From Hyphomicrobiales bacterium (lineage in GTDB: Bacteria > Pseudomonadota > Alphaproteobacteria > Rhizobiales > UBA4765): a DNA stretch of 64,000 nucleotides. Below, one piece after another: positions 36,416 through 44,594 of the stretch; the first letter of the stretch is position 1, and each line of letters begins with the position of its first letter. The stretch is from assembly GCA_965247525.1 (NCBI GenBank), contig OZ252015.1, positions 1,567,485 through 1,631,484 on the forward strand, given 5' to 3'. A program made the position numbers and the translations under genes. The notes beneath the pieces are model-generated. The model searched no databases and was not told the DNA's origin. It worked only from the letters and a program-made list of their open reading frames with translations.

Positions 36416-37201
36416 TCAGAACCCGAAGACGTCCCGGCCAGCCGCGCGAACGGATGGGTCCGACCAGTAGAAACTGTCGAAGTCCGGGACGATGAGACCC
36501 GCGAGTTCGCGGGCGTCATGGGAGAGGGCGAGGAATCGCCCGAGCGAGAGGGCGATCAGCCGAAGCGCCGCCAGATGGGCGCGCACGTCATCGCCTGACA
36601 TTTCAAGAACCTGGACCTGCCGTCCATCGCCTTTGGCCGGAGCGGGCTTGGCGTAGGCGAAGCGCATCCCGAAATTGCCGTGGGCGGTGGCATAGACCGC
36701 GCCTTGGCGGCCGTGGCTTGCGCCAATCGCGGATGGCAATCGTTCGGTGGTCTTGAGATCGACGATCAGTCCGTGGGCCGAGAAACGCCAATCGACGAAG
36801 CCGATCACCGGAACGGCGATATCGTCCAGGCGGATTTCGACCTTGCCCTGGTAGCCATCGGCATCGGGCAGGCCATATTGTCGGAGTTCGGCCAGCGCAC
36901 CCCGAACATAGCCCGGCAGTTTCTTGCGTTCCTCATCGCGACGCGGATCGGGATTGAGCGCGGTTTCGCGATCGAAGGCGCTTTCCGCTTCTGCGATGCA
37001 GGCCTCAATGGGAAGCGTCGGATCGTGCAGGCCGATATTGACGCCGGCCTCGACCGCCTTGCCGCGCGCGGCCGGAATGCCGGAGGGCGAGCGCCTCCCA
37101 AGCAGGCGTTCCATGATCCAGAGCGCAGGTTCTGCCGCCCAGAGATTGAGCGATGAAGCGGAGAGATGGCCTATACCGTGCCGTTCGAAGGGGTTGCTCA
37201 T
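36416..37201 (-). CDS. PD-(D/E)XK nuclease (Cas4/RecB-like phage exonuclease)
   Basis: ATG 37201 overlaps the upstream stop (ATGA). VIGFVDW...LIVDLKT gives a D...D-x-K core. The listed ORF's N-terminal extension is rejected. Confidence 0.6.
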   Translation of the reverse strand: MSNPFERHGIGHLSASSLNLWAAEPALWIMERLLGRRSPSGIPAARGKAVEAGVNIGLHDPTLPIEACIAEAESAFDRETALNPDPRRDEERKKLPGYVRGALAELRQYGLPDADGYQGKVEIRLDDIAVPVIGFVDWRFSAHGLIVDLKTTERLPSAIGASHGRQGAVYATAHGNFGMRFAYAKPAPAKGDGRQVQVLEMSGDDVRAHLAALRLIALSLGRFLALSHDARELAGLIVPDFDSFYWSDPSVRAAGRDVFGF

Positions 37202-37470
37202 CGCACGCCCCCACGGATCAGGATCTCGGCGCCGCGTTCGATCAGATCGGACGGGGTTTCGAGGAATTCGACATCCTCGTCGCGGAAGGCCACGCCGAGC
37301 TTGAGTTCGACATCGCCGACGAAATCCAGCCGGGCGATCGGATCGATCTGCCACAGGCGATCTTCAGCGGAAGGGTGTTCACCGAAGCGCTCATAGAAGG
37401 CGGCGCGGACGGCTTTGGCGGCGAGCGCGCGGGCTTCAAGCCGCTCGGCAATCATCAGGGGCGCGATCAT
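37198..37470 (-). CDS. Hypothetical small phage protein
   Basis: ATG 37470 overlaps the upstream stop (ATGA). 90 aa. Confidence 0.4.
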   Translation of the reverse strand: MIAPLMIAERLEARALAAKAVRAAFYERFGEHPSAEDRLWQIDPIARLDFVGDVELKLGVAFRDEDVEFLETPSDLIERGAEILIRGGVR

Positions 37471-37724
37471 CGGGCGGACCCCGTGCGCTTCGAGACCACC
37501 GGCCCGCGTTCCTGGGAGATCATCCATTCGCGGAAGGCATCGGCGCGATAGAAGACGCGGCGGCCGATCCGGACGCAGGGCGGGCCGATCCGGCGGGTCT
37601 GCCAGCGTTGCAAGGTCGCGGTCGAGATTCCCAGCGCTTCGGCGACCTCGCGCCGCCCCATCCAGCCTTGCATCAGTTCGGCAGATGCAGCTCCGTTTCG
37701 TTGCGCGTTAACTTGATCGTCCAT
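37467..37724 (-). CDS. HTH DNA-binding protein (excisionase/AlpA-MerR-like or Cro-like early regulator)
   Basis: ATG 37724. WMGRREVAEALGISTATLQRWQTRRIGPPCVRIGRRVFYRADAFREWM. It is divergent from the ImmA-XRE pair. Confidence 0.65.
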   Translation of the reverse strand: MDDQVNAQRNGAASAELMQGWMGRREVAEALGISTATLQRWQTRRIGPPCVRIGRRVFYRADAFREWMISQERGPVVSKRTGSAR

Positions 37725-37871
37725 GCCCGTTTCCTTGTGTCCTTGCGGTTCCGATGACCGCAAAGGGACCACGGCGAGCCGGCGTCAGGCAGGGTTGAAA
37801 CGGGCGCAAACGGGGCAGAAACAACAGAGCGAGGGCACAAAGACGGGCCGAATACGGGCGGAAACACGGGC
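37724..37871. repeat. Six imperfect direct repeats (minus-strand GCCCGTnT(T/C)) in the immunity intergenic region
   Basis: Copies at about 37724-37733, 37797-37806, 37807-37816, 37839-37848, 37850-37859 and 37861-37871. Confidence 0.5.
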
Positions 37872-38046
37872 ATAAACAACCGCAAGCGTGTTTTGGCCGC
37901 TTCAGTCCACCGTCGGAGGCGGCGTGGTCCCTCGTACCAATCCACAACGCGAAAGCTCTGGCGCCGAAAAATCGACTCGACTCCGGAGCAGAAAGAACAT
38001 ATCAAGAACTGACTGTTGACCAATCGGGTTATGAAAGGAGGCGGAG

Positions 38047-38793
38047 ATGGTTCTGGCCATCGCGTATCCAAGCACGGCTGCGGGCGATCCCCATCGCTTG
38101 AGCGCCCAGAAGATCGCGAGTATCGCCAGCGATATCCGCAGCCGCCTGTTCGGGATTCAACCAAGGCCGGTCGATGTGGCGGCGCTGATCGCAAAGACGG
38201 CGCGCCTTGCGGTCAACGGCAAGCCGATCACCCTGTCCTGGGGCCTCGATCGACCGATCCACGACGAGAACGGCCACGAGGCGCTCGGCGTTTGCGAGAA
38301 CGATCCCGAGCTGCCCGACACTGTGATGATCAGTGTCAACGCCAGCCTGCTGGCTCATCAGCCGGAGGTGATCCGTTCAACCGCCGCGCACGAGTTTGCG
38401 CACGCCATCTTCGACATGCCGGCGGCGATGGGCGGCAATATCCGGCGGACATTCCGAACATCGGTTGCGCCCGCCATTGCCAAGCCCGGCGCGCCGATCG
38501 ATTGGGTTGAATGGCGGGCCGACGAGTTCATGGGCGCGTTTCTGGTTCCGGCCGACAAGCTGGCGCGCGTGCTGCCAAAGCACGCAAGCGCCCTTGATCT
38601 GCCGTTCCGCTGGCGCGCCGCGCCCGATGGCCGCTCCGTTCCCTTCGTCGATCTTGATCCGAGCGAGGGCACGCTCGGCCTGCTGGTCGATGACCTCGCC
38701 GAAGCCTTCGGCGTGACCGCCGCCTTCATGTCGGTGCGGTTGGCGAAGGGCGGTTTCATCGGGCGGAGCTTTGAAACCAGGAGTGCGATCTGA
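38047..38793 (+). CDS. ImmA/IrrE family metallopeptidase
   Basis: The HEXXH motif is in STAAHEFAHAIFD, with a downstream EWRADEFMGAFLVP. GGAGG RBS. Confidence 0.8.
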   Translation: MVLAIAYPSTAAGDPHRLSAQKIASIASDIRSRLFGIQPRPVDVAALIAKTARLAVNGKPITLSWGLDRPIHDENGHEALGVCENDPELPDTVMISVNASLLAHQPEVIRSTAAHEFAHAIFDMPAAMGGNIRRTFRTSVAPAIAKPGAPIDWVEWRADEFMGAFLVPADKLARVLPKHASALDLPFRWRAAPDGRSVPFVDLDPSEGTLGLLVDDLAEAFGVTAAFMSVRLAKGGFIGRSFETRSAI

Positions 38794-39083
38794 TGGCCTT
38801 CGGTCAAACCGTCCGCTTTCACCGCAACGACAAGGGCTTCGGCCTGAACGAGTTCGCCGAGCGTCTCGGCGTCTCGCCCGCGTATTGGAGCCGCGTCGAG
38901 CGCGAACAGGAAAACCCGCCGCGCGACGATCTCGTCGAGCGCGTCGCCGCCATCCTTGAAGTGAAGCTCGACGATCTTTTCTGCGAAGCAGGACGCCTGC
39001 CGCCCGATCTGCGCGGCGACATCAAAGCCGTGGTCACGCTCTATCGACGCAGCCGCGACACAAGGAATTCCACCAGCAAATGA
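38793..39083 (+). CDS. XRE family HTH transcriptional regulator (candidate prophage repressor)
   Basis: GLNEFAERLGVSPAYWSRVEREQENP. The start overlaps the ImmA stop (TGATG). Confidence 0.8.
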   Translation: MAFGQTVRFHRNDKGFGLNEFAERLGVSPAYWSRVEREQENPPRDDLVERVAAILEVKLDDLFCEAGRLPPDLRGDIKAVVTLYRRSRDTRNSTSK

Positions 39084-39113
39084 TGACCATGACCAAATAG
39101 CGAGTGTTTCAAG

Positions 39114-39749
39114 ATGCCAGCGCCGCCCCGTTCCTTCCTGACCGTTACCGACACCGCGATCCGCTGGCAGGTTCCCGCCCTCGACATCGCGGGCTGGGCG
39201 ATCGATGGCGAGATCGCGCTTTCCGCCGTGCTGCCAACCGTTGAGACCGCCGATAAGCAGATCGCCTCCGGGATCGTGGAGATCGACGGCGCGGACGTGG
39301 TCGCCTTGTTCCGGCGTGACGGCGCATCGCGCAAGCCGGCGCTGGTGCGGCGCTTCCGCCGTTCGAAGAAGACGGAGTGGGAGTGGATTGCGCGCCCGGT
39401 CGATGGCGTCGCCGTCACCTCCGCCGACGTGATCATCCTGCGCAAGGAGTTCGAGCGTTGCGAGCGCGCCTGGGGATTGTTCGACGCGGGTGCGGCCGAG
39501 AGCGGCCCGAAGGCATCAACACAAGCCAAGCGCGCCGCCGGGCCGGGCGCGCCGCCCAAGCACGATTGGGACGCCTTCGCAGGCGCCATCGCCCGGCGCG
39601 TGCATGATCACGGCATGCCGGTCAGCCAGGGCGAGCTGGTGCGCGATATGATGGACTGGTTCGCGGGCCGGGAGGATTTCCCGCCGCCTGATGAGCGGAC
39701 GGTGCGACGGAAGGTGTCAGCGATTTGGAGGGAACTGGTCTCGCATTAG
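39114..39749 (+). CDS. Hypothetical protein
   Basis: 211 aa with phage-backbone-like GC. No motif recognised. Confidence 0.45.
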   Translation: MPAPPRSFLTVTDTAIRWQVPALDIAGWAIDGEIALSAVLPTVETADKQIASGIVEIDGADVVALFRRDGASRKPALVRRFRRSKKTEWEWIARPVDGVAVTSADVIILRKEFERCERAWGLFDAGAAESGPKASTQAKRAAGPGAPPKHDWDAFAGAIARRVHDHGMPVSQGELVRDMMDWFAGREDFPPPDERTVRRKVSAIWRELVSH

Positions 39750-39858
39750 GACAAAGCCGATCGAGACCCAGCTCTGCTGCACTTCGCAGCGTCAGTACGG
39801 TGCAGGCTTACGGCATTACTCGAATTGATATAGTCTGCGAGTTCTTTGGAGGAGATAC

Positions 39859-40347
39859 ATGGCCCGCAAGGTGTTCTTCAGCTTTCACTATGCCCGTGAC
39901 GTTCGTCGAATCGTCCAGGTTCGGAATTCGTGGGTCGTTCGGGCCAAGGGCGATGCACCTCCCTTCTATGACGCGGCCGAGTTCGAGGAGGCGAAGAAGC
40001 GCGCAGGCGGCATCGAGAAGTGGATTGAGGAACAGCTAAAAGGCACCTCCGTGACGGTCGTCCTGTTCGGGGCGGAGACCTATGATCGCGAGTGGGTTCG
40101 GCACGAGATCAAGCGCAGCTACGAACTAAAAAAGGGCATGCTCGCGATCGACATTCACAAAGTGAAAGACCCGCAGGTCGGAGCCGATGTGCAAGGCAGG
40201 AACCCGCTGGACTACTGGCAAGTTGAACAAAACGGCCAAAAGGTGCCGTTCAGCAGGCTCTACAGGACGTACGATTGGGTCGACAACGACGGCTATAACA
40301 ATATCTCGACTTGGATCGAGGCAGCCGCCAAGGCTGCTGGCTACTGA
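39859..40347 (+). CDS. TIR-like domain protein (DUF1863 / ThsB-type)
   Basis: GGAGGAG RBS. N-terminal KVFFSFHYARDVRRIVQVRNSW and REWVRHEIKRS with the conserved Glu. 162 aa, single domain. Confidence 0.7.
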   Translation: MARKVFFSFHYARDVRRIVQVRNSWVVRAKGDAPPFYDAAEFEEAKKRAGGIEKWIEEQLKGTSVTVVLFGAETYDREWVRHEIKRSYELKKGMLAIDIHKVKDPQVGADVQGRNPLDYWQVEQNGQKVPFSRLYRTYDWVDNDGYNNISTWIEAAAKAAGY

Positions 40348-40354
40348 GGCTCCT

Positions 40355-41515
40355 ATGAGCTTATACGAACTCGCGATTTTAGGGCATGTCACGCCGGATG
40401 ACAGGCAGAGACTCACCGAAACCCTGTGCGGCGTCATCGACGATTTCGGCTTGGTCCTCGGTATCGAAGTGCTGGTGCATGATGGCGCTACCGTCGCGGG
40501 TCGAGACAAGCGTGCTGCGTTTGCCGCCGTGTACTTCGGCGGGGACATCACAGCTGACCAAGAGACGGCAAAGGAGCTGCTGCGGGCCAGCGCGCCCGTT
40601 ATTCCGACTGTCGCGACCGACGGCGATTTTGGGCACCAAATTCCGGAGTTTCTCCAGTTCTCGAATGGATTGAAGCGGCGCGCCGACGACCCCAACATGA
40701 CAGAGCTCGCTGCGGCGTTGCTCGAGTGCGTTGGCCTACTGCGCCGTCAAAGGCGTGTTTTCGTCAGCTATCGGCGGATCGAGTCCCGCGCCGCCGCTCT
40801 TCAACTTCATGATCTTCTCTCTGCTCGCGGCTTCGATGTGTTCTTGGACACGCACGATATACGCCCCGGCGACCCTTTCCAGGACGTACTCTGGCACCGT
40901 CTGGTCGACTCCGACGTAATGGTGATGCTAGACACGCCGGGATACTTCGATAGCCGATGGACCCGACAAGAGATCGGTCGAGCCAGGGCGAAAGATATCC
41001 AGGTGCTGCGGGTGATTTGGCCCGAGCATACGCCCAACAAACTCACCGATATGGCTGAGACGGTCTATCTGGACGCCGGTGAGCTGGAGGGTCCTGACGG
41101 CCCGATCGCGGACGTTGTCGCGGAAACGATTGTGCTTGAGGTCGAGCGGCTGCGGAGCCGAAGCATTGCTGCGCGCTACATGTCGATTACTGGGAAGCTA
41201 AGGGCTGACGTGGAGAAGATCGGCGCTTCTATAGAGGGGGTTGGTGCTCATAGAGCAATCGCGGTGCGCCTTTTAGATGATCGCCGGGTCTGGGCATACC
41301 CGGTTGTTGGCGTTCCAACAGCAGAGATACTGAACGATATTGCAGACAAGGCGAACAGGGCGGATCAGCACGAGGTGCCGGTACTAGTTTATGATCACGT
41401 CGGTATACGCGATGCCTGGAGCGCCCACTTGAAATGGCTTGACGACCAGATTCGGGCAGTGCGCGCGATCAAAGTATCGGAGGCGGGTTGGGCACTTGCC
41501 GCGTGGGAGGCATGA
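40355..41515 (+). CDS. Multidomain TIR domain protein (unknown N- and C-terminal domains)
   Basis: ATG 40355 follows a GAGG RBS. The central TIR core is RVFVSYRRIESRAAALQLHDLLSARGFDVFLDTHDIRPGDPF...VMVMLDTPGYFDSRWTRQEIGRA. Confidence 0.7.
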   Translation: MSLYELAILGHVTPDDRQRLTETLCGVIDDFGLVLGIEVLVHDGATVAGRDKRAAFAAVYFGGDITADQETAKELLRASAPVIPTVATDGDFGHQIPEFLQFSNGLKRRADDPNMTELAAALLECVGLLRRQRRVFVSYRRIESRAAALQLHDLLSARGFDVFLDTHDIRPGDPFQDVLWHRLVDSDVMVMLDTPGYFDSRWTRQEIGRARAKDIQVLRVIWPEHTPNKLTDMAETVYLDAGELEGPDGPIADVVAETIVLEVERLRSRSIAARYMSITGKLRADVEKIGASIEGVGAHRAIAVRLLDDRRVWAYPVVGVPTAEILNDIADKANRADQHEVPVLVYDHVGIRDAWSAHLKWLDDQIRAVRAIKVSEAGWALAAWEA

Positions 41516-41517
41516 AC

Positions 41518-42174
41518 ATGGCGGACGCCATCTTTCTCTCAGCGGGTGTTCCAGACCCCAGGCGCGGCCCGGAATACGCGGTCACGGCAGATAGCGTGGC
41601 GATCAGCGCTGCTGTCTCTGCGCTAGTGCACGTCACGCTCGGCCGCCGCCTTCTGGTGTGGGGTGGCCAGCCTGCTATAACACCGATGATCTGGGTGGTC
41701 GCCCAAGACATTGGTGTCGACTATGGTCGTTGGGTGCGGCTGTATCAATCGCGCCACTTCAAGGACGATTTTCCAGAGGATAACGAGCGTTTCAAGAACG
41801 TCACTTTCACCGACGATGTCGAGCGGGATCGAGAGAAGAGCCTACTACTGATGCGCGAGAGGATGTTCTCTGAGCATGCTTTTAAGGCTGCGGTCTTCAT
41901 TGGTGGGATGGGTGGCATTGTCGATGAATTCGAGCTGTTCCGTCGCTTGCAGCCCAAAGCTGCGGTCGTGCCGGTCGTCTCGACAGGCGGAGCGACGTTG
42001 GAAGTGGCGTCCCGCGCGGGCGCTCTTCCGGCTGAACTTACCGATGATCTGGATTACGTAGCGTTGTTCCACCGTCAGCTGGGCATATCCGTGAAGGAAG
42101 AGCGTTTCAGGAGTCCTGAAGATCAGCCGACCGAGATGGACGCGCGCTTTTGGCGTCCGGCGCCAAAAACCTAA
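41518..42174 (+). CDS. Stand-alone SLOG/LOG-fold (ThsA sensor-like) Rossmannoid protein
   Basis: GGAGG lies 7 nt upstream of ATG 41518. An alternative ATG at 41512 overlaps the upstream stop. Motifs are AIFLSAGVP, LLVWGGQPAITP, FIGGMGGIVDEFELF (GGxGGxxxE) and AAVVPVVSTGGA. No TM segment or other domain is visible. Confidence 0.55.
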   Translation: MADAIFLSAGVPDPRRGPEYAVTADSVAISAAVSALVHVTLGRRLLVWGGQPAITPMIWVVAQDIGVDYGRWVRLYQSRHFKDDFPEDNERFKNVTFTDDVERDREKSLLLMRERMFSEHAFKAAVFIGGMGGIVDEFELFRRLQPKAAVVPVVSTGGATLEVASRAGALPAELTDDLDYVALFHRQLGISVKEERFRSPEDQPTEMDARFWRPAPKT

Positions 42175-42247
42175 GATGGTGAAGGCGTGAACCGCTACTT
42201 CAAATCCGCGTGGCTAGTCACCAATGCTGGCGCTTCTTGGCCCGCGC

Positions 42248-43447
42248 CTACATGGTCACTGCCTGAACCAGCCTCGGCTTCGCCCGCAGCATATCGCCGA
42301 CCTGTTCAAGCCCCGCGCGAAGGGGATCGTCGAGCAGGTGGGCGTAGCGCTGCGTGGTCTGAACCTGCGTGTGGCCGAGCAGCTTGCCGATCATCGGCAG
42401 CGTCATGCCACCCGAAACCAGCAGCGACGCGAACGTGTGGCGCAGATCATGGATGCGTACGGCGGGCAGTTCGGCCTTTGCCCGGACATCTTCCCAGAAC
42501 CGCTTGATGTCCTGAAGCGGCTTGCCTTCGGCATCGCCCGGAAACACCCACTCGCAATCTTCGGGCACGCGCAGCCGGATCGTGCGCAGCAACGCGGCGG
42601 CGGAAGCGCTGATCGGCGCACGATGCAGACGGCGCTGCTTCGTAGTGGCGGCAGGCTTGATCCAGACGCCGGCGTCGAGATCGAATTGATCCCAGCGAGC
42701 GTTCAGGACTTCGCCGCGCCGCGCGCCGGTTAGTAGGATCAGCCGCACCGCATCGGCGGCGCGCCGGTTCGGATGCGCATCGAGCGCGGTAGACAGCCGC
42801 CCGATTTCATCGGGTGAGAGATAGCGGTCCCGAGGCGCCTCGGCGTTCCGGGCAAACCCGGCGGCGGGGTTGTCGGCGCGAATGCGCCAGCGGATCGCAA
42901 GGTTGAACATCTTGCGCAGGATTTCGCCGAGCCGGTTCGCGCGCACTGGCGTCGGCTTGCGGCCTCGCTTTCCCGGCGTGCCACCGGCGATCTGGCGCAG
43001 CAGCCGATCAACATCATCGGGCTGGATCTCTGCCGCCTTGCGCGGTCCCCAGGCAGGCTCGACCAGCTTGCGCAGCATCGACGCCTGATCGTCGCGGTTG
43101 CGCTTCGCAAGCTTGGCGGCGTGCTCTTCGAGATAGCGGTCGATCAGTTGTCGCACATTGGGCGACTCCCGGGCTTCGTCCCGTTCGGCCATAGGATCGC
43201 GGCCCTGATCGATTTCGCGCTTGAGGCGCTTGGCCTCTTCCCGGGCGGCTGTGACCGACCAATCCGGCCATGCGCCGATGGTGAGGCGGCGTTCCCGCGC
43301 CTCGATCCGATAGGTCAGGATGAAGGCGCGCGTGCCGCCACTGGTGATGCGCACGCCGAAGCCGACCACCTCCTCGTCATAGACGATGATGTTCTTCTGC
43401 TTCGGCTGAAGCCCTTTCACGCTGCGTTCGGTGAGATGCGCCTTCAT
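42248..43447 (-). CDS. int: Tyrosine recombinase / phage integrase (P4-type, DUF4102 N-terminal arm-binding domain)
   Basis: N-terminal LTERSVKGLQPKQKNIIVYDEEVVGFGVRIT. C-terminal HDLRHTFASLLV...LLGHTQVQTTQRYAHL. Confidence 0.9.
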   Translation of the reverse strand: MKAHLTERSVKGLQPKQKNIIVYDEEVVGFGVRITSGGTRAFILTYRIEARERRLTIGAWPDWSVTAAREEAKRLKREIDQGRDPMAERDEARESPNVRQLIDRYLEEHAAKLAKRNRDDQASMLRKLVEPAWGPRKAAEIQPDDVDRLLRQIAGGTPGKRGRKPTPVRANRLGEILRKMFNLAIRWRIRADNPAAGFARNAEAPRDRYLSPDEIGRLSTALDAHPNRRAADAVRLILLTGARRGEVLNARWDQFDLDAGVWIKPAATTKQRRLHRAPISASAAALLRTIRLRVPEDCEWVFPGDAEGKPLQDIKRFWEDVRAKAELPAVRIHDLRHTFASLLVSGGMTLPMIGKLLGHTQVQTTQRYAHLLDDPLRAGLEQVGDMLRAKPRLVQAVTM

Positions 43448-43545
43448 GCTTTCGACCCTTTCCGCAGCACTCAGCCGCGGTCATTTCCGGTCAGCAAGAT
43501 GCTCTCGGCGGGTCTCCCTATGAATGGCGGGAACGGGTGCAATCA

Positions 43546-43592
43546 GGGCCGAAAGCCAACGATGCGGAGATAGTGGGGCGGGCTTTCGGCCC
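43546..43592. repeat. 12-bp perfect inverted repeat GGGCCGAAAGCC / GGCTTTCGGCCC with a 23-nt spacer, upstream of int
   Basis: Read directly. A second inverted repeat, AACGATG (43559-43565) / CATCGTT (43599-43605), is interleaved with it. Confidence 0.6.
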
Positions 43593-43824
43593 GAGCCCAT
43601 CGTTCCGTGTCCGCACTGTGTCCGTCGCCTTCCGTGCCTCGAACGGCTGTTCGCGCCGTGTTCCGCCGTCGAATGCGCGCGACGAAAAACGCCGCCAATC
43701 CGGTGAGCGCGCGTTCTCGAATTGCACCTGAACGACGCCGACGCCGAAATCCGAATGACATCAAAGTGTTATGAAAGGTGTTGCGTTTGCGAACAGCGGC
43801 GCATACAAGCGCGGTTCTCAGTGA

Positions 43825-43901
<77 letters not shown>

Positions 43902-44027
43902 AATTTTTTTGAAAGTGCATATTTTTTCAGCGTATATTTTTTACCTTATGAGTTCCAGCATCGACGTTTTTACGCAAACTCGTTATAAAACCTTTCAAAT
44001 CATACGCGCACCTTACGGATTTCGTTC

Positions 44028-44594
44028 ATGTCACAGCCAATCCGTTTTTTTCTAAAAGATGCGACCGCAAAATCTCACTTAAAGCTCGATACGCTGGTCT
44101 CGCAGCTCGACCTCTCAACAAAAACAGGACTGTTGGCATTTCTCAAAATGCACGCGCTTGCGCTGTCAGCCATCGAGCCTTTTTTGTCCGCCAATGGTGT
44201 ATCGAAACTTTTGCCCGACTGGAATGAGCGCACACGGTTAGGGGCGGCACAAAATGATTTGCGTGCACTGGGTGAATGCGGCGAGCTATCACAGCCTCCT
44301 GTTTTTAAAAGTGAGGCAACGATCCCGGATCTTCTCGGCATGCTTTATACGATTGAGGGATCACGGCTTGGCGCACGTGTGCTGCACCAGCAGGCTGGCG
44401 AGCATTGCATTGCAGGCGGTAGCCAGTTTTTACAACATGGGCTTGGGAAGAAGTTTTGGCCGACATTTCTAGGTGTGCTTGAAGGGCATGACATGAAAGC
44501 AAATGAGGCTGAGAGTGCCGCGCATTCTGCCAACCGTATTTTTAATTTTTACGTACAAACATTTGAAATGTCTTATCTGGAGCCCGTATCATAG
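44028..44594 (+). CDS. bphO: Heme oxygenase (biliverdin-producing, BphO-like)
   Basis: N-terminal LKDATAKSHLKLD and YTIEGSRLG are heme-oxygenase-type motifs. Its stop overlaps the phytochrome start. Confidence 0.7.
   Translation: MSQPIRFFLKDATAKSHLKLDTLVSQLDLSTKTGLLAFLKMHALALSAIEPFLSANGVSKLLPDWNERTRLGAAQNDLRALGECGELSQPPVFKSEATIPDLLGMLYTIEGSRLGARVLHQQAGEHCIAGGSQFLQHGLGKKFWPTFLGVLEGHDMKANEAESAAHSANRIFNFYVQTFEMSYLEPVS

Noticed and set aside
37198-37470. Resemblance of DFVGDVELKLGVAFRDEDVEFLETPSDLIE to an acyl carrier protein helix II region.
   Set aside because: There is no D-S-L phosphopantetheine Ser motif. The context is a phage early operon. It is left as hypothetical.
3218-43447. The possibility that this is a gene transfer agent rather than a prophage.
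   Set aside because: Integrase, immunity, replication, DNA-modification and lysis modules are all present, along with lambda-type terminase. The span of ~40 kb is far more than a GTA cluster.
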